From contig CAJMEC010000004.1 in the NCBI GenBank assembly GCA_905212345.1, positions 10,326 to 74,325 on the forward strand: a stretch of DNA of 64,000 nucleotides, written 5' to 3'. The notes below the pieces were generated by a model. It had not been told where the DNA came from. It did not search any database and worked only from the letters and a program-made list of their open reading frames with translations. This DNA is from an uncultured Sutterella sp. Lineage in GTDB: Bacteria > Pseudomonadota > Gammaproteobacteria > Burkholderiales > Burkholderiaceae_F. Numbering within the stretch: position 1 is the stretch's first letter; the number at the start of each line of letters is the position of its first letter. Both the position numbers and the translations under genes were made by a program. Below are positions 41,090 through 50,586 of this stretch, one piece after another.

Positions 41090-42340
41090 ATGGCAAAATC
41101 TAAATCCGGTTCAATGGGTTTGGCAATGCAAATGCTCATTGGTCTTGTCCTAGGTGTGATCGTCGGTATGTTCCTGGACTCCCAGTTCGCCACTACCTAC
41201 GTGAAACCCTTCGGCGACTTATTCATCCGCTTGATCCGTATGGTCGTTGTTCCGTTGGTGTTCGCAACCTTGGTTGCCGGTGCCGCTGGTATTTCTGACG
41301 TGAGCAAACTGGGCCGCGTGGCTATCAAGACGTTGTTGATCTTCATGATCACGTCTGCGATTTCCGTGATTTTCGGTTTGGTTATCGCCAACATCATCGA
41401 CCCGGGCATCGGTCTTACGCTTTCAACCGAAGGCTTGAAGGCTGCTCAAGTGAAGGCTCCGAGCTTTGTTCAAACCTTACTTGACATCGTCCCGATTAAC
41501 CCGATGGAAGCTTTCGCTAAGGGCTCCATCCTTCAGATCATCTTCTTTGCCATCATGTTCGGCTTCTGCTTGAACTTCATGGGTAAGAAAGGTCAAGCCG
41601 TTTATGAATTCTTCGACGTTGTCGGCAACGTGATGATTCATATGACGCAAGTTGTCATGCGTTACGCCCCGATCGGTGTGTTCGCTTTGATGGCTGTTGT
41701 CGTTTCTCAACACGGTTTGGCAGTTTTGCTCCCGTTGGGCAAATTGATTCTGTCGTCCTTCATCGCTACGGCTTTGTTGATCATCGTGATCTATATCCCG
41801 ATCGTGATGTTCATCATTCGTATTCCGGTTGGCCAATACTTCAAGGGCATCTTTGAACCGTGGTTGATCGCTTTCACGACCTGCTCGTCTGCTGCCGCTA
41901 TGGCCGCCAACTTGGTTGCCGCCCGTCGCTTAGGTGCTACGAACTCGATCGCTTCCTTCGCAGTTCCGTTGGGCAACACCATTAACATGAACGGTACGGC
42001 CGTTTACATGGGCGTGTGCGCAGTGTTTGCAGCTCAAATTTACAACCTTCCGTTGTCACTCGGTGACCAAGTCATCGTTGTTATTACGGGTGTGTTGGCT
42101 GCTGTCGGTACGGCTGGTGTGCCGGGCGCCGGTTTGATTATGTCGACCTTGGTCTTCACGCAAATTGGTATTCCGCTTGAAGTGATCGCTTTGATCGCCG
42201 GCGTTGACCGTATCCTTGACATGATCCGTACGTCTATCAACGTCGTCGGTGACTCCACCACCGCTTTGATGGTCACCCGTATGGAGGGTGAATTAGGTTC
42301 TGAACCCTTCGAAGAAGAGGGCGAAGAAGCGAAAGCCTAA
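41090..42340 (+). CDS. Dicarboxylate/amino acid:cation symporter (DAACS/GltP-DctA family)
   Basis: 417 aa from ATG 41090 (AAGGAG 6 nt upstream). Re-entrant loop signatures and conserved NMNGTAVYMGV, AVGTAGVPGAGLIM and INVVGDS motifs typical of the SDF/DAACS family. The ORF-track start (GTG 41006) lacks an RBS. Confidence 0.85.
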   Translation: MAKSKSGSMGLAMQMLIGLVLGVIVGMFLDSQFATTYVKPFGDLFIRLIRMVVVPLVFATLVAGAAGISDVSKLGRVAIKTLLIFMITSAISVIFGLVIANIIDPGIGLTLSTEGLKAAQVKAPSFVQTLLDIVPINPMEAFAKGSILQIIFFAIMFGFCLNFMGKKGQAVYEFFDVVGNVMIHMTQVVMRYAPIGVFALMAVVVSQHGLAVLLPLGKLILSSFIATALLIIVIYIPIVMFIIRIPVGQYFKGIFEPWLIAFTTCSSAAAMAANLVAARRLGATNSIASFAVPLGNTINMNGTAVYMGVCAVFAAQIYNLPLSLGDQVIVVITGVLAAVGTAGVPGAGLIMSTLVFTQIGIPLEVIALIAGVDRILDMIRTSINVVGDSTTALMVTRMEGELGSEPFEEEGEEAKA

Positions 42341-42896
42341 TTAAAAGTCATCGATATACTTTAATTTAAGGTATGTTTAAATAAGGGGGTGTTCCGAAAG
42401 GACACCCCCTTAAATCATCTTTACAACACATACTCCTTTAGATTTTTTAATGATCGCCTATACAAACTATTGGTGTAAATTCTGGAATTTTTTAAATCAA
42501 CAATTGTTTGCACAAATATTTTTATTGATGTCCTATTTGAAGTGACACGAATTTCTGAGTAAAGCCATTGACCCAATCCAGATATTAGACCTTACTGCCA
42601 TAAACCTTGAACGAATCCATCTTAATGTACAAAAACAAGTGTCTTGTCCTGAAAAAAGTTGACACTTTTTGATTAGTAAAGGAGTGTCAGATGACATATT
42701 TCAGAGACTCGACGGAGTTGACTTGTCCTGAAATCGGTTGTCAGTTCCTGTGACCGTAGAAGTTTTCCTACAATTTTCGTTTGTAACAAAATGGTATTTC
42801 AATCGTCATCGGATATACCTTCAAATACAATCAATTCATCACAGCATCTTTTTGACTTGAATCCATGGTTGCTTCAGTTATTTTGAGGAGCAGACG

Positions 42897-43529
42897 ATGA
42901 AAAAATTTCAATTGGCATTAACGGCGATTTCAGCAATTCTATTAGCGTCCTGTGCTCAAAAAGATCCTCTCGTTGGTACTTGGGTTCAGCCCATCAAATC
43001 CATGCCGGGGCAGCTCCAAGGTTTTGAGCTCCAAGAGGATGGACAAGCCCGTTCCGTCAATATGGCGACACTTGATTATGAAGCTTGGGCCCGTGACGGC
43101 GATCAGTTGCGTTTATCGGGTAAAAGTATCGGCAATCACCAAACTTTAACTTTTAATGAGGTTTGGACGATTGATCGTCTTACCGATGAGGGATTAATCT
43201 TAAAGAAAGGAGATAATGTTCAGCGGTATGAGAAGGCGACTGATCAGACAGTTGTTTCAGATTTGAAAACGGTAAAAGGTACTTTAATCCTTGGGCATGA
43301 AACGCGCTCATTCATTCCCGAAGGCTCGTGTGAAGCCTATTGGATTGTCGACAAAACAGGTAAGCTCTACCGGGACTATGACAAACTGACCAAAGGCGTC
43401 AAAAACGGCACGCCTTTGACCGCACAACTAAGAGTCAAGGACATGGGACCTTCAAAGGAAGGTTTCGCGGCAACCTATAAGAGTGTTTGGCATGTCTACG
43501 GCATTGATAGCTTACAGGAAACAAAATAA
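42897..43529 (+). CDS. Hypothetical lipoprotein
   Basis: Signal peptide with lipobox ILLASC, 210 aa, GAGGAG RBS. No catalytic motif. Confidence 0.5.
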   Translation: MKKFQLALTAISAILLASCAQKDPLVGTWVQPIKSMPGQLQGFELQEDGQARSVNMATLDYEAWARDGDQLRLSGKSIGNHQTLTFNEVWTIDRLTDEGLILKKGDNVQRYEKATDQTVVSDLKTVKGTLILGHETRSFIPEGSCEAYWIVDKTGKLYRDYDKLTKGVKNGTPLTAQLRVKDMGPSKEGFAATYKSVWHVYGIDSLQETK

Positions 43530-43677
43530 ATTTTTCGCCCAAACAAACGTAAAAGTTGACAATTAGAACATCTTTGGATGACAAATAACTAATTGATTTA
43601 TTTAGGTATTTTAGCTAATTTGTCGTCAAAATATCAGCGATATACTCTCCGAAATTACTGATTCAAGACAGGAGGGT

Positions 43678-44838
43678 GTGATGATTAATCGCCGTCAATT
43701 ATTTAAAGGATCCGCCTTGATTCTTGGCGCCATGTATATGCACAATACATTGGCGAAAGAGTCAGTTGCCGCCGGAGAAGAATTTGTGCCGTCCAAAACG
43801 AATCCTTTACTGTTAAATTTCAACGAAAACTCATTGGGCATGTCACCCAAAGCTAAGGAAGCCGTGGTCAATTCGCTTTCCATGGCATTTCGTTATCCGG
43901 ATAGCCAACGGGCTGACTTGATTGAAGCAATTGCCAAATCCAAGGACTTAACGACTAAACACGTGACGATCGGCAACGGCAGTTCAGAAGTGATTCAATC
44001 GGCTGTATTGGCTTTTGTTCAAAAGGCAAAAGATGCCAAGAAAGACGTTCAATTGATTGTTCCGGATCCGACGTTTAACTACGCAGAGCTTTATGCCTCT
44101 TCCATCGGTTTAGCCGTCAAGAAAGTTACTTTGAAAGCTAAAACCTATGATTTGGACTTGCCTCGGATGAAAAAGGCGGTTGATCAATTTAAGGGCGTCT
44201 CGATTGTTTATATTTGCAATCCTAATAATCCGACAGCAACAATTACAGACTCAAACGAAATCGATCAATGGGTGAAATCGGCTTCCGCCGATACGTACTT
44301 TATTTTTGATGAGGCTTACGCTGAGTTTGTCACGGACAAGCGTTTCAAGTCAGCTCTTGCCTACGTCAAAGAGGGCAATCCTAATGTTATTGTGACTCGT
44401 ACTTTCTCTAAGATTTATGCGATGGCTGGATTGCGCATGGGATACGGAATTGCGCTGCCTCAAACTGCAGCTTACGTGGACAGCTTTGCAAGTATTGATA
44501 ACACGAACTTAGCCGGCGCTGTGGCCGCTAAGGCAAGTCTTGAAGACGATCTTTTCTTCCAAAAAAGTTTGCAGAGCAATACCCTGTCTCGCAAAATTGT
44601 CACCGATGCGCTGGATGAGTTAGGTCTCGCCTACCTTCCTTCCCAAGCCAACTTCATTTTTCATCAGATCAAAGGTGATCATGATACGTATAAAAAACGC
44701 ATGGCAGAAGCCAACGTATTTGTCGGACGTGAGTTTGCGCCGGCAGTCGGCTTTAACCGTTTGACGTTGGGAACACCATCTGAAATGAAAGCTTTTGTGA
44801 AGGTGTTAAAGGACTTCAGAAAGAAAGGCTGGATCTAA
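43678..44838 (+). CDS. Class-II (HisC-like) PLP-dependent aminotransferase carrying a Tat-type signal peptide
   Basis: MMINRRQLFKGSALILGAMYMHNTLA-KE (RRxLFK twin-arginine motif, h-region, AxA-like site). Mature part: LNFNENSLGMSP, ICNPNNPT, and PLP-lysine SKIYAMAGLRMGYG, as in histidinol-phosphate aminotransferases. Confidence 0.75.
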   Translation: MMINRRQLFKGSALILGAMYMHNTLAKESVAAGEEFVPSKTNPLLLNFNENSLGMSPKAKEAVVNSLSMAFRYPDSQRADLIEAIAKSKDLTTKHVTIGNGSSEVIQSAVLAFVQKAKDAKKDVQLIVPDPTFNYAELYASSIGLAVKKVTLKAKTYDLDLPRMKKAVDQFKGVSIVYICNPNNPTATITDSNEIDQWVKSASADTYFIFDEAYAEFVTDKRFKSALAYVKEGNPNVIVTRTFSKIYAMAGLRMGYGIALPQTAAYVDSFASIDNTNLAGAVAAKASLEDDLFFQKSLQSNTLSRKIVTDALDELGLAYLPSQANFIFHQIKGDHDTYKKRMAEANVFVGREFAPAVGFNRLTLGTPSEMKAFVKVLKDFRKKGWI

Positions 44839-44945
44839 GATCCAAAAATTCAAAACTTGAAGTTGAAAAAAGTGGAGAGTTTATCTGACTACCCAAAGCG
44901 CCTAGCTCTTAAATCGATAAAACACTTTGTAAGTAAAAGAAATCA

Positions 44946-44978
44946 AAGAAGCGCGAGCGTATCGCGCTTCTTTTGTCA
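44946..44978 (+). terminator. Intrinsic terminator after the aminotransferase gene
   Basis: aagaagcgcg-agcgtat-cgcgcttctt hairpin followed by TTGTC. Confidence 0.65.
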
Positions 44979-45505
44979 TCGTTTTGAGTGTAAAGGCATT
45001 CATCAAGCTGTGCCTCATTGTCGCTAATCCATAAACCAGACAATAACTTCAGCAGTGACTCAAACGGTAGCTTTAAAACTCCGCTAACTGACTGTCTTTG
45101 AGCTCTTGCTTTTGCCTCGGCGCTTTGCTCTTAACGTTCTTTTGAATACGATCTTGTCAGTGATCTTGAGCAGCGAGTATTTACGACCTTAAATATCGAT
45201 GGGATTTTGCATGATAGTGCATTATCAAATAATAAGGCGCTATGAGAAAGTCTCAAATCAACTAATTGAAAATAAAAGAAAATTTCTATTAAGTTTAGAA
45301 GTAACTTGACGTTAATAAAGTCACCATAGAACTAATAATTCAGGAAGTCAGGATACAATCAGAGAGTTTTATTTCAATATTAAACTAATATTTATATACT
45401 ATTGATTAAGTATTATTTTTAATATATTCGACAAAAATCCCTGTATAGATTACAAGGTTTATGTTAGAGTTCTCACTGTTTAAATTGAATTGTTGATTCA
45501 ACACT

Positions 45506-45979
45506 ATGCGTATTGGAGAACTGTCCAAATTATCCGGCGTAGCCGTGGAGACCATTCGTTTTTATGAAAACGAGGGACTTATCCCTAAAGCGGCCCGTTC
45601 GATGAACAATTACCGCTCTTACACGGAAAGTCACCTCAAGCGTTTGCAGTTTATCCGTCACTGTCGAAGCCTTGACATGAGTCTGGAAGATATCAAACTC
45701 TTAAGTGATGTCGGCGCCAGGCGTAATGAAGAGGCCTGCAAAGTGCAGGAAATCATTTCCCGTCACATGAAAAAGATTGACGAACAAATCAACGCGTTAA
45801 AAGAGTTGCGCCAGCATTTGGGACTATTGTCACTGTGCTGTCATGGCAATCACGCCAATGGCGAGCCCTGCGGCATTATCGAAGGTCTCAATAGCGGCGC
45901 TTGCTGCCACAATTGTGAAAACCTCAAAGTCAAACGAACGGTTAAGAAATCGGACTTAACGAAACACACCAATCTCTAA
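45506..45979 (+). CDS. MerR-family transcriptional regulator with Cys/His-rich C-terminus (metal-sensing type, CadR/ZntR/PbrR-like)
   Basis: N-terminal HTH MRIGELSKLSGVAVETIRFYENEGLI. A conserved Cys in the dimerisation helix region. C-terminal ...LCCHGNHANGEPCGIIEGLNSGACCHNCEN. Confidence 0.75.
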   Translation: MRIGELSKLSGVAVETIRFYENEGLIPKAARSMNNYRSYTESHLKRLQFIRHCRSLDMSLEDIKLLSDVGARRNEEACKVQEIISRHMKKIDEQINALKELRQHLGLLSLCCHGNHANGEPCGIIEGLNSGACCHNCENLKVKRTVKKSDLTKHTNL

Positions 45980-45985
45980 TTCATC

Positions 45986-46606
45986 ATGCTCAGTCAATTT
46001 TTCACCTTTGAAGTTTTAATGGTTCTCGGAATTTTAGGAATTCTGACCGCTTGCCCAACTTATTTTATTTATGCGATTGCGCGCACCAAACCATCCGCGC
46101 GTCCCATTCCATACTTTCCGCATGGCGTGCACGGCTGGCTCCTAGTCTTTGTGGCTACAGTTATTCTCTCCATCATTCTGACAGCCATTGACGCGATAAA
46201 CGCCGTTAATGTCATGAACCAAGCCGGCGCCATGAATTGGGCGGTCCTTTCTCCCTCCATCGTCATCATCGGCTTGTACATTTACTGCCTTTGGTTAATT
46301 GCCCGCAAGCGCGAAGCCTATGTTGTCAAACAAACCATTGTGATTTTGTGGGTTGTGGGACCGATCTCGCTAATGTTCTTGAGCCTGCTTTTCGGTGCTT
46401 CGGTTGATAACGCCACGGTGGTTCGCTCATGTCTTTATGCAGCACTTTGGACGCTTTACTTTTTATTTTCAAAACGCGTGGCCTGTACCTACGGAACCAA
46501 AGCCGTAGACTCTTATGTGCACTTGGCCATTGAAATGGCTGATGCTCAAAAAGCACAAAAAGAACGGGAAGAAAAGGCTGAAAAAGCTGAAAAAGTAAAA
46601 AAATAA
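45986..46606 (+). CDS. Hypothetical polytopic membrane protein with Lys/Glu-rich tail
   Basis: Six hydrophobic segments. C-terminal KAQKEREEKAEKAEKVKK. Starts 7 nt after the merR-like stop, so probably co-transcribed. Confidence 0.45.
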   Translation: MLSQFFTFEVLMVLGILGILTACPTYFIYAIARTKPSARPIPYFPHGVHGWLLVFVATVILSIILTAIDAINAVNVMNQAGAMNWAVLSPSIVIIGLYIYCLWLIARKREAYVVKQTIVILWVVGPISLMFLSLLFGASVDNATVVRSCLYAALWTLYFLFSKRVACTYGTKAVDSYVHLAIEMADAQKAQKEREEKAEKAEKVKK

Positions 46607-46620
46607 TGGCTTAGCCTACA

Positions 46621-46662
46621 AAAAAGCCTTCCGACTTAAAATTTAAGCGGAAGGCTTTTTTA
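46621..46662. terminator. Bidirectional intrinsic terminator (membrane protein gene / convergent lipoprotein gene)
   Basis: AAAAAgccttccg-...-cggaaggcTTTTTT. Confidence 0.65.
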
Positions 46663-46674
46663 TAGAAACCGATT

Positions 46675-47079
46675 TTAGAAGCCGTATTCCTCACGATTGC
46701 GCTCAATGGCTTCCTTCTTAGATTCTTCATCAGTGTAGAAACCCAGACGGCGATATTCCTGCTTAGGCGCATCCAAATAACCGACACAACGGAAGGTGTA
46801 AGTTACCTTGGCGCCGTTGCCAGTTTGATGTCCTGAACGAGACACAGCCTGCAGGGGCTGCATGCCCTGATTTCTTTTACCGCAAAAATCAATCGCTTCC
46901 TGGCGAGCGTTGTCGCGGACAATCACTTCTTGTTCAACCCACGGTTGCTGCAGTTGAAGCTCAAAAGTTGTAGAGTCTATTTGCTTCATGCTACGCTCCG
47001 GGATAAATTTTTCAGATGAAGCGCAGCCTGCGAGCAGGGTAACGGCCAAAACAGAACCAATCAAGGTCAACGTACGCAT
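46675..47079 (-). CDS. Hypothetical small lipoprotein
   Basis: MRTLTLIGSVLAVTLLAGCASS lipobox. 134 aa. Confidence 0.5.
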   Translation of the reverse strand: MRTLTLIGSVLAVTLLAGCASSEKFIPERSMKQIDSTTFELQLQQPWVEQEVIVRDNARQEAIDFCGKRNQGMQPLQAVSRSGHQTGNGAKVTYTFRCVGYLDAPKQEYRRLGFYTDEESKKEAIERNREEYGF

Positions 47080-47119
47080 ACCAATTCCTTATTTTTTGAC
47101 GTGGATATTGTACAGGCAT

Positions 47120-48298
47120 TTAAAGTGACGAGGCGGCAACGATTGGGTAAGAAGTTGTTTCGACCGCCAGTGTACCGTCAGAGATAAATAACATGTCCTG
47201 ACAGGCTCCACCGATTTTGACAAGCACATCGCCGTGGCGGATGCTTTCTTTCATAGAGGGTGCCTTTTGACTTAAAAAGGCGATAGGAAGCCAGCCGTTT
47301 GACGATTCTATGGCAAGCTCAACGTGTTTACGAGCCGTGTCACGATAAAAAAATATCTGTGGGCGAACGCCTTGGCCCTCATAGTTTTTGATAATTTCTG
47401 CAGCCGTAAAACCGGCTAGCACACCGTAATAGTTCGCGTGCGCGTAGAGCTCTTCACCCGAGGAGCAACCCAAAAGGAAAGTCAAAAGGCCGCTGTCGGC
47501 ATAAGTTATTTTGGATCGTTTCACTTGTCTACGTTCTTTCAGTTTCATTGAAGGGACTTCCAAAATCACGCCGCAATCGAGCAAAAAGTCAGTCCAATAA
47601 ATAGCCGTGGCATAACTGATACCGGCCTCTTTTGCGTATTTGGAATGATTGAGCTCTTGCATATTGTGCTCGGCCAACACCTTCATGTAGCGAAAAAAGA
47701 GGGCGTCTTTGTAAGCATGAAGAACATCTCGGACATGATTGGCAAAAAACTCAGCCAGCCAAGACTCATAAAAAGAGGAGGTCGATTGAGACAAATCGCT
47801 ACGGGGCAGAAAACCGTTACGAATCACATCAAAAAAACCGGGCTGAGGGTAGCTGATACGAAGCGCGATCGCTTCATTGCCCCACAGACACGGCTCTTTT
47901 TGGGCGTACTCTCTTTGTGAAAAAGGCAACACAGTGTGGCATTGCAAGCCCGCGTATTCAATCAAAAGTTTTTTCTTTTCTGACGGTAAATAACCGACAA
48001 GCACGATTTGTGAAAAATCGTCCGTTGGCAAGTAATCCGTCAATTCAGGCGCCTTTTCTATCCCATCGACAATCAACCGTTTGCCATAAACGGAGAAAAA
48101 ATCCGCCGGTTGAGCGCGGGCGAGGTTTCTCGGGTAAATGTCATTGAGGTCCACATAGGCCAAATCACTGAAAACGGTTTTCACTAATGAAGTTTTGCCG
48201 ACGCCGGGCATTCCACTGATAAGAAAAAGATTGTGCGTTTCACGCTCGCTTTTCAAAACATTGGCTAATGATCGAATGATATGGGCTGCAATAGGCAT
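47120..48298 (-). CDS. AAA+ superfamily ATPase (AAA_14 + DUF4143-type, COG1373-like)
   Basis: Walker A GMPGVGKTSL. Walker B-like LIVDGIEKAP. The rest matches the architecture of the 'predicted ATPase (AAA+ superfamily)' family, which has a C-terminal DUF4143. Confidence 0.65.
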   Translation of the reverse strand: MPIAAHIIRSLANVLKSERETHNLFLISGMPGVGKTSLVKTVFSDLAYVDLNDIYPRNLARAQPADFFSVYGKRLIVDGIEKAPELTDYLPTDDFSQIVLVGYLPSEKKKLLIEYAGLQCHTVLPFSQREYAQKEPCLWGNEAIALRISYPQPGFFDVIRNGFLPRSDLSQSTSSFYESWLAEFFANHVRDVLHAYKDALFFRYMKVLAEHNMQELNHSKYAKEAGISYATAIYWTDFLLDCGVILEVPSMKLKERRQVKRSKITYADSGLLTFLLGCSSGEELYAHANYYGVLAGFTAAEIIKNYEGQGVRPQIFFYRDTARKHVELAIESSNGWLPIAFLSQKAPSMKESIRHGDVLVKIGGACQDMLFISDGTLAVETTSYPIVAASSL

Positions 48299-48580
48299 TT
48301 TTAATGTTTGGTAAAAATTGAAATGATATTTTTATTTTAACAAAGTCACTGCGCTGTTGATGAACTGAACTTTCAGTCTTAGGCGATTTGTCGAAAACAC
48401 ATCCGTAGCCGATTATCATCGGCAAGGCAAGTTTTGTTCTTAAAGGGAGCTTTTTAAAATTTTATTGAGTAAAAGAATATTGTGGTAAATTAAAAATATT
48501 TACTTATTCCTTTATTACAAGGGACTTTGGTAACACCGGCTTTTACGACGCTGATGATCAATGATGAGCGGAGAATAACA

Positions 48581-49783
48581 ATGTCAAACTCAATTAAACT
48601 CGCGGCGCTTAATAAACATTCAGCCATCTGTTCGGAAATTGGCCTTTTTAATACACGCTGGGCTGAGTTCGTACAGCACTACCACCGAACAATCTCCGGT
48701 TACAGTCAGACACCGTTAAAAACACTTAAGCAGTTCAGTCAATCATTTGATGTCGGAAATATTTATGTTAAGGACGAAAGTTTTCGTTTTGGTTTAAATG
48801 CTTTCAAAGCTTTAGGCAGTTCCTACTGCATGGCAACACTCTTGGCTGACCGACTCGGATTGCCTCTCAGTCAGATGACATACGAAAAACTGACCACACC
48901 GGATGTCAAAAAAAGACTGGGCACCTTGACCTTTGTGACTGCCACCGACGGCAACCACGGCAGGGGAGTGGCTTAGAGTGCAAAGACCTTGGGTCACAAA
49001 AGTATTGTTTTGATGCCTAAGGGAACCGCCACAGAGCGCTTGGACAATATTAAAAAACTCGGCGCAAACGCTTCCATCACGCAATACGAATACGATGACA
49101 CAGTCAAAATGGCCGCTGAAGTAGCCCGTCAGACGGGTGGCGTATTGGTTCAAGACACCGCATGGGATGGCTATGAAGATATCCCCACCCGGATTATGCA
49201 AGGCTATCTGACTTTGGGCCTTGAGATAATCGAACAGCTAAACGGCGTCACTCCAACGCACATTTTCCTTCAGGCCGGTGTCGGATCCATGGCCGCGGCG
49301 GTTGCGGCCTTCTTTGCTAATTTCTATGGTGAAAATCGTCCGGTCATCACCATTGTCGAGCCCCATGGGGCCGATTGCCTTTATCGTACGGCTTACGCGG
49401 ACGATGGAGAAATTCATGCCTATGAGGGTGAGCTTCAGTCCATTATGGCCGGACTCTGCTGTGGCATTCCCTGCACCGTAGCCTGGCGTTTGCTTAAACA
49501 TTGCGCCGATTTCTTTGTTTCGATGCCCGATTCAGTCGCCGCAAACGGAATGCGGATATTAGGGGCCCCGATGGGAGATGATCCCCGGATTATTTCCGGT
49601 GAAAGCGGAGCGTCAACCTTTGGTTTGGTGTCTGAAATTCTTCGCAAACCGGAAAATCGTTTTATTAAAGACGCCTTAGGGATTGATGCTCAATCCAATA
49701 TCGTTTGCATTTCCACCGAAGGCGACACGGATCGGACCAATTACCGTCGAATTGTTTGGGACGGCGCGTACTGTTCCAATTAG
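48581..49783 (+). pseudogene. dpaL: Diaminopropionate ammonia-lyase (YgeX/DpaL-like) interrupted by a single in-frame TAG at 48977-48979
   Basis: ORFs 48527-48976 and 48989-49783 are in the same frame. Joined they read ...TATDGNHGRGVA*SAKTLGHKSIVLMPKGT, where the E. coli enzyme has ...TATDGNHGRGVAWAANQLGQKAVIYMPKGS. So a TGG (Trp) codon is TAG here. The PLP-lysine (FKALGSS) lies upstream of the stop. Confidence 0.75.
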
Positions 49784-49848
49784 GTTAAAAAATCCCCGCC
49801 TCATGACGATGAAGCGGGGACTTGTATTGAAAAGACTGTGAAACGTAA

Positions 49849-50586
49849 TCAGAGCACGCGTTTTAAGAACGCACGCGTACGGGCTTCTTTCGGATTAACT
49901 AACACTTCTTCGGGTGAACCTTGTTCAACGATGACGCCACCGTCCATGAAAATGACGCGGTCGGCCACTTCGCGGGCGAAAGTGATTTCGTGTGTAACGA
50001 CGATCATCGTCATGCCATCGTCGGCAAGACTTTTCATAACCGCCAACACTTCACCCACCAATTCCGGATCAAGGGCCGAAGTCGGTTCGTCAAATAAAAT
50101 CACCTTCGGGTCCATGGCAAGTGTTCGGGCAATGGCGACGCGCTGTTGCTGACCGCCTGAAAGGCGCACTGGGTATTGATCGGCTTTATCGGCCAAACCT
50201 ACTCGTTCCAAAGTTTCTAGAGCACGCTTTTGAGCGGCTTCTTTCGATTTACCGCTGACCACCATTTGGCCCAACATCACATTTTCAATGACGGTCTTAT
50301 GCGGCCAGAGGTTAAAGCGCTGAAAGACCATGCCTAAGTGTTCCCGGACCTTGTTGATATTTACTTTGCGGTCAGTAATTTCTTGACCGGCCACTTTAAT
50401 GCAACCCGAGTCCGCGTCTTCTAATGCATTAATGCAACGAAGCATCGTGGATTTACCCGAACCTGACGGTCCCAACACAACCACTTTTTCACCGCGATGA
50501 ACAGTAAGATCAATGCCTTTGAGTACTTCAAGCGGTCCGTAATTTTTGTGCAAATCGCGAATTTCAACAACCACTTCGTTACTCAT
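49849..50586 (-). CDS. Polar amino acid ABC transporter, ATP-binding protein
   Basis: Walker [10 protein letters not shown], signature [17 protein letters not shown], Walker [12 protein letters not shown] and H-loop. GlnQ/HisP-like. Confidence 0.9.
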   Translation of the reverse strand: MSNEVVVEIRDLHKNYGPLEVLKGIDLTVHRGEKVVVLGPSGSGKSTMLRCINALEDADSGCIKVAGQEITDRKVNINKVREHLGMVFQRFNLWPHKTVIENVMLGQMVVSGKSKEAAQKRALETLERVGLADKADQYPVRLSGGQQQRVAIARTLAMDPKVILFDEPTSALDPELVGEVLAVMKSLADDGMTMIVVTHEITFAREVADRVIFMDGGVIVEQGSPEEVLVNPKEARTRAFLKRVL

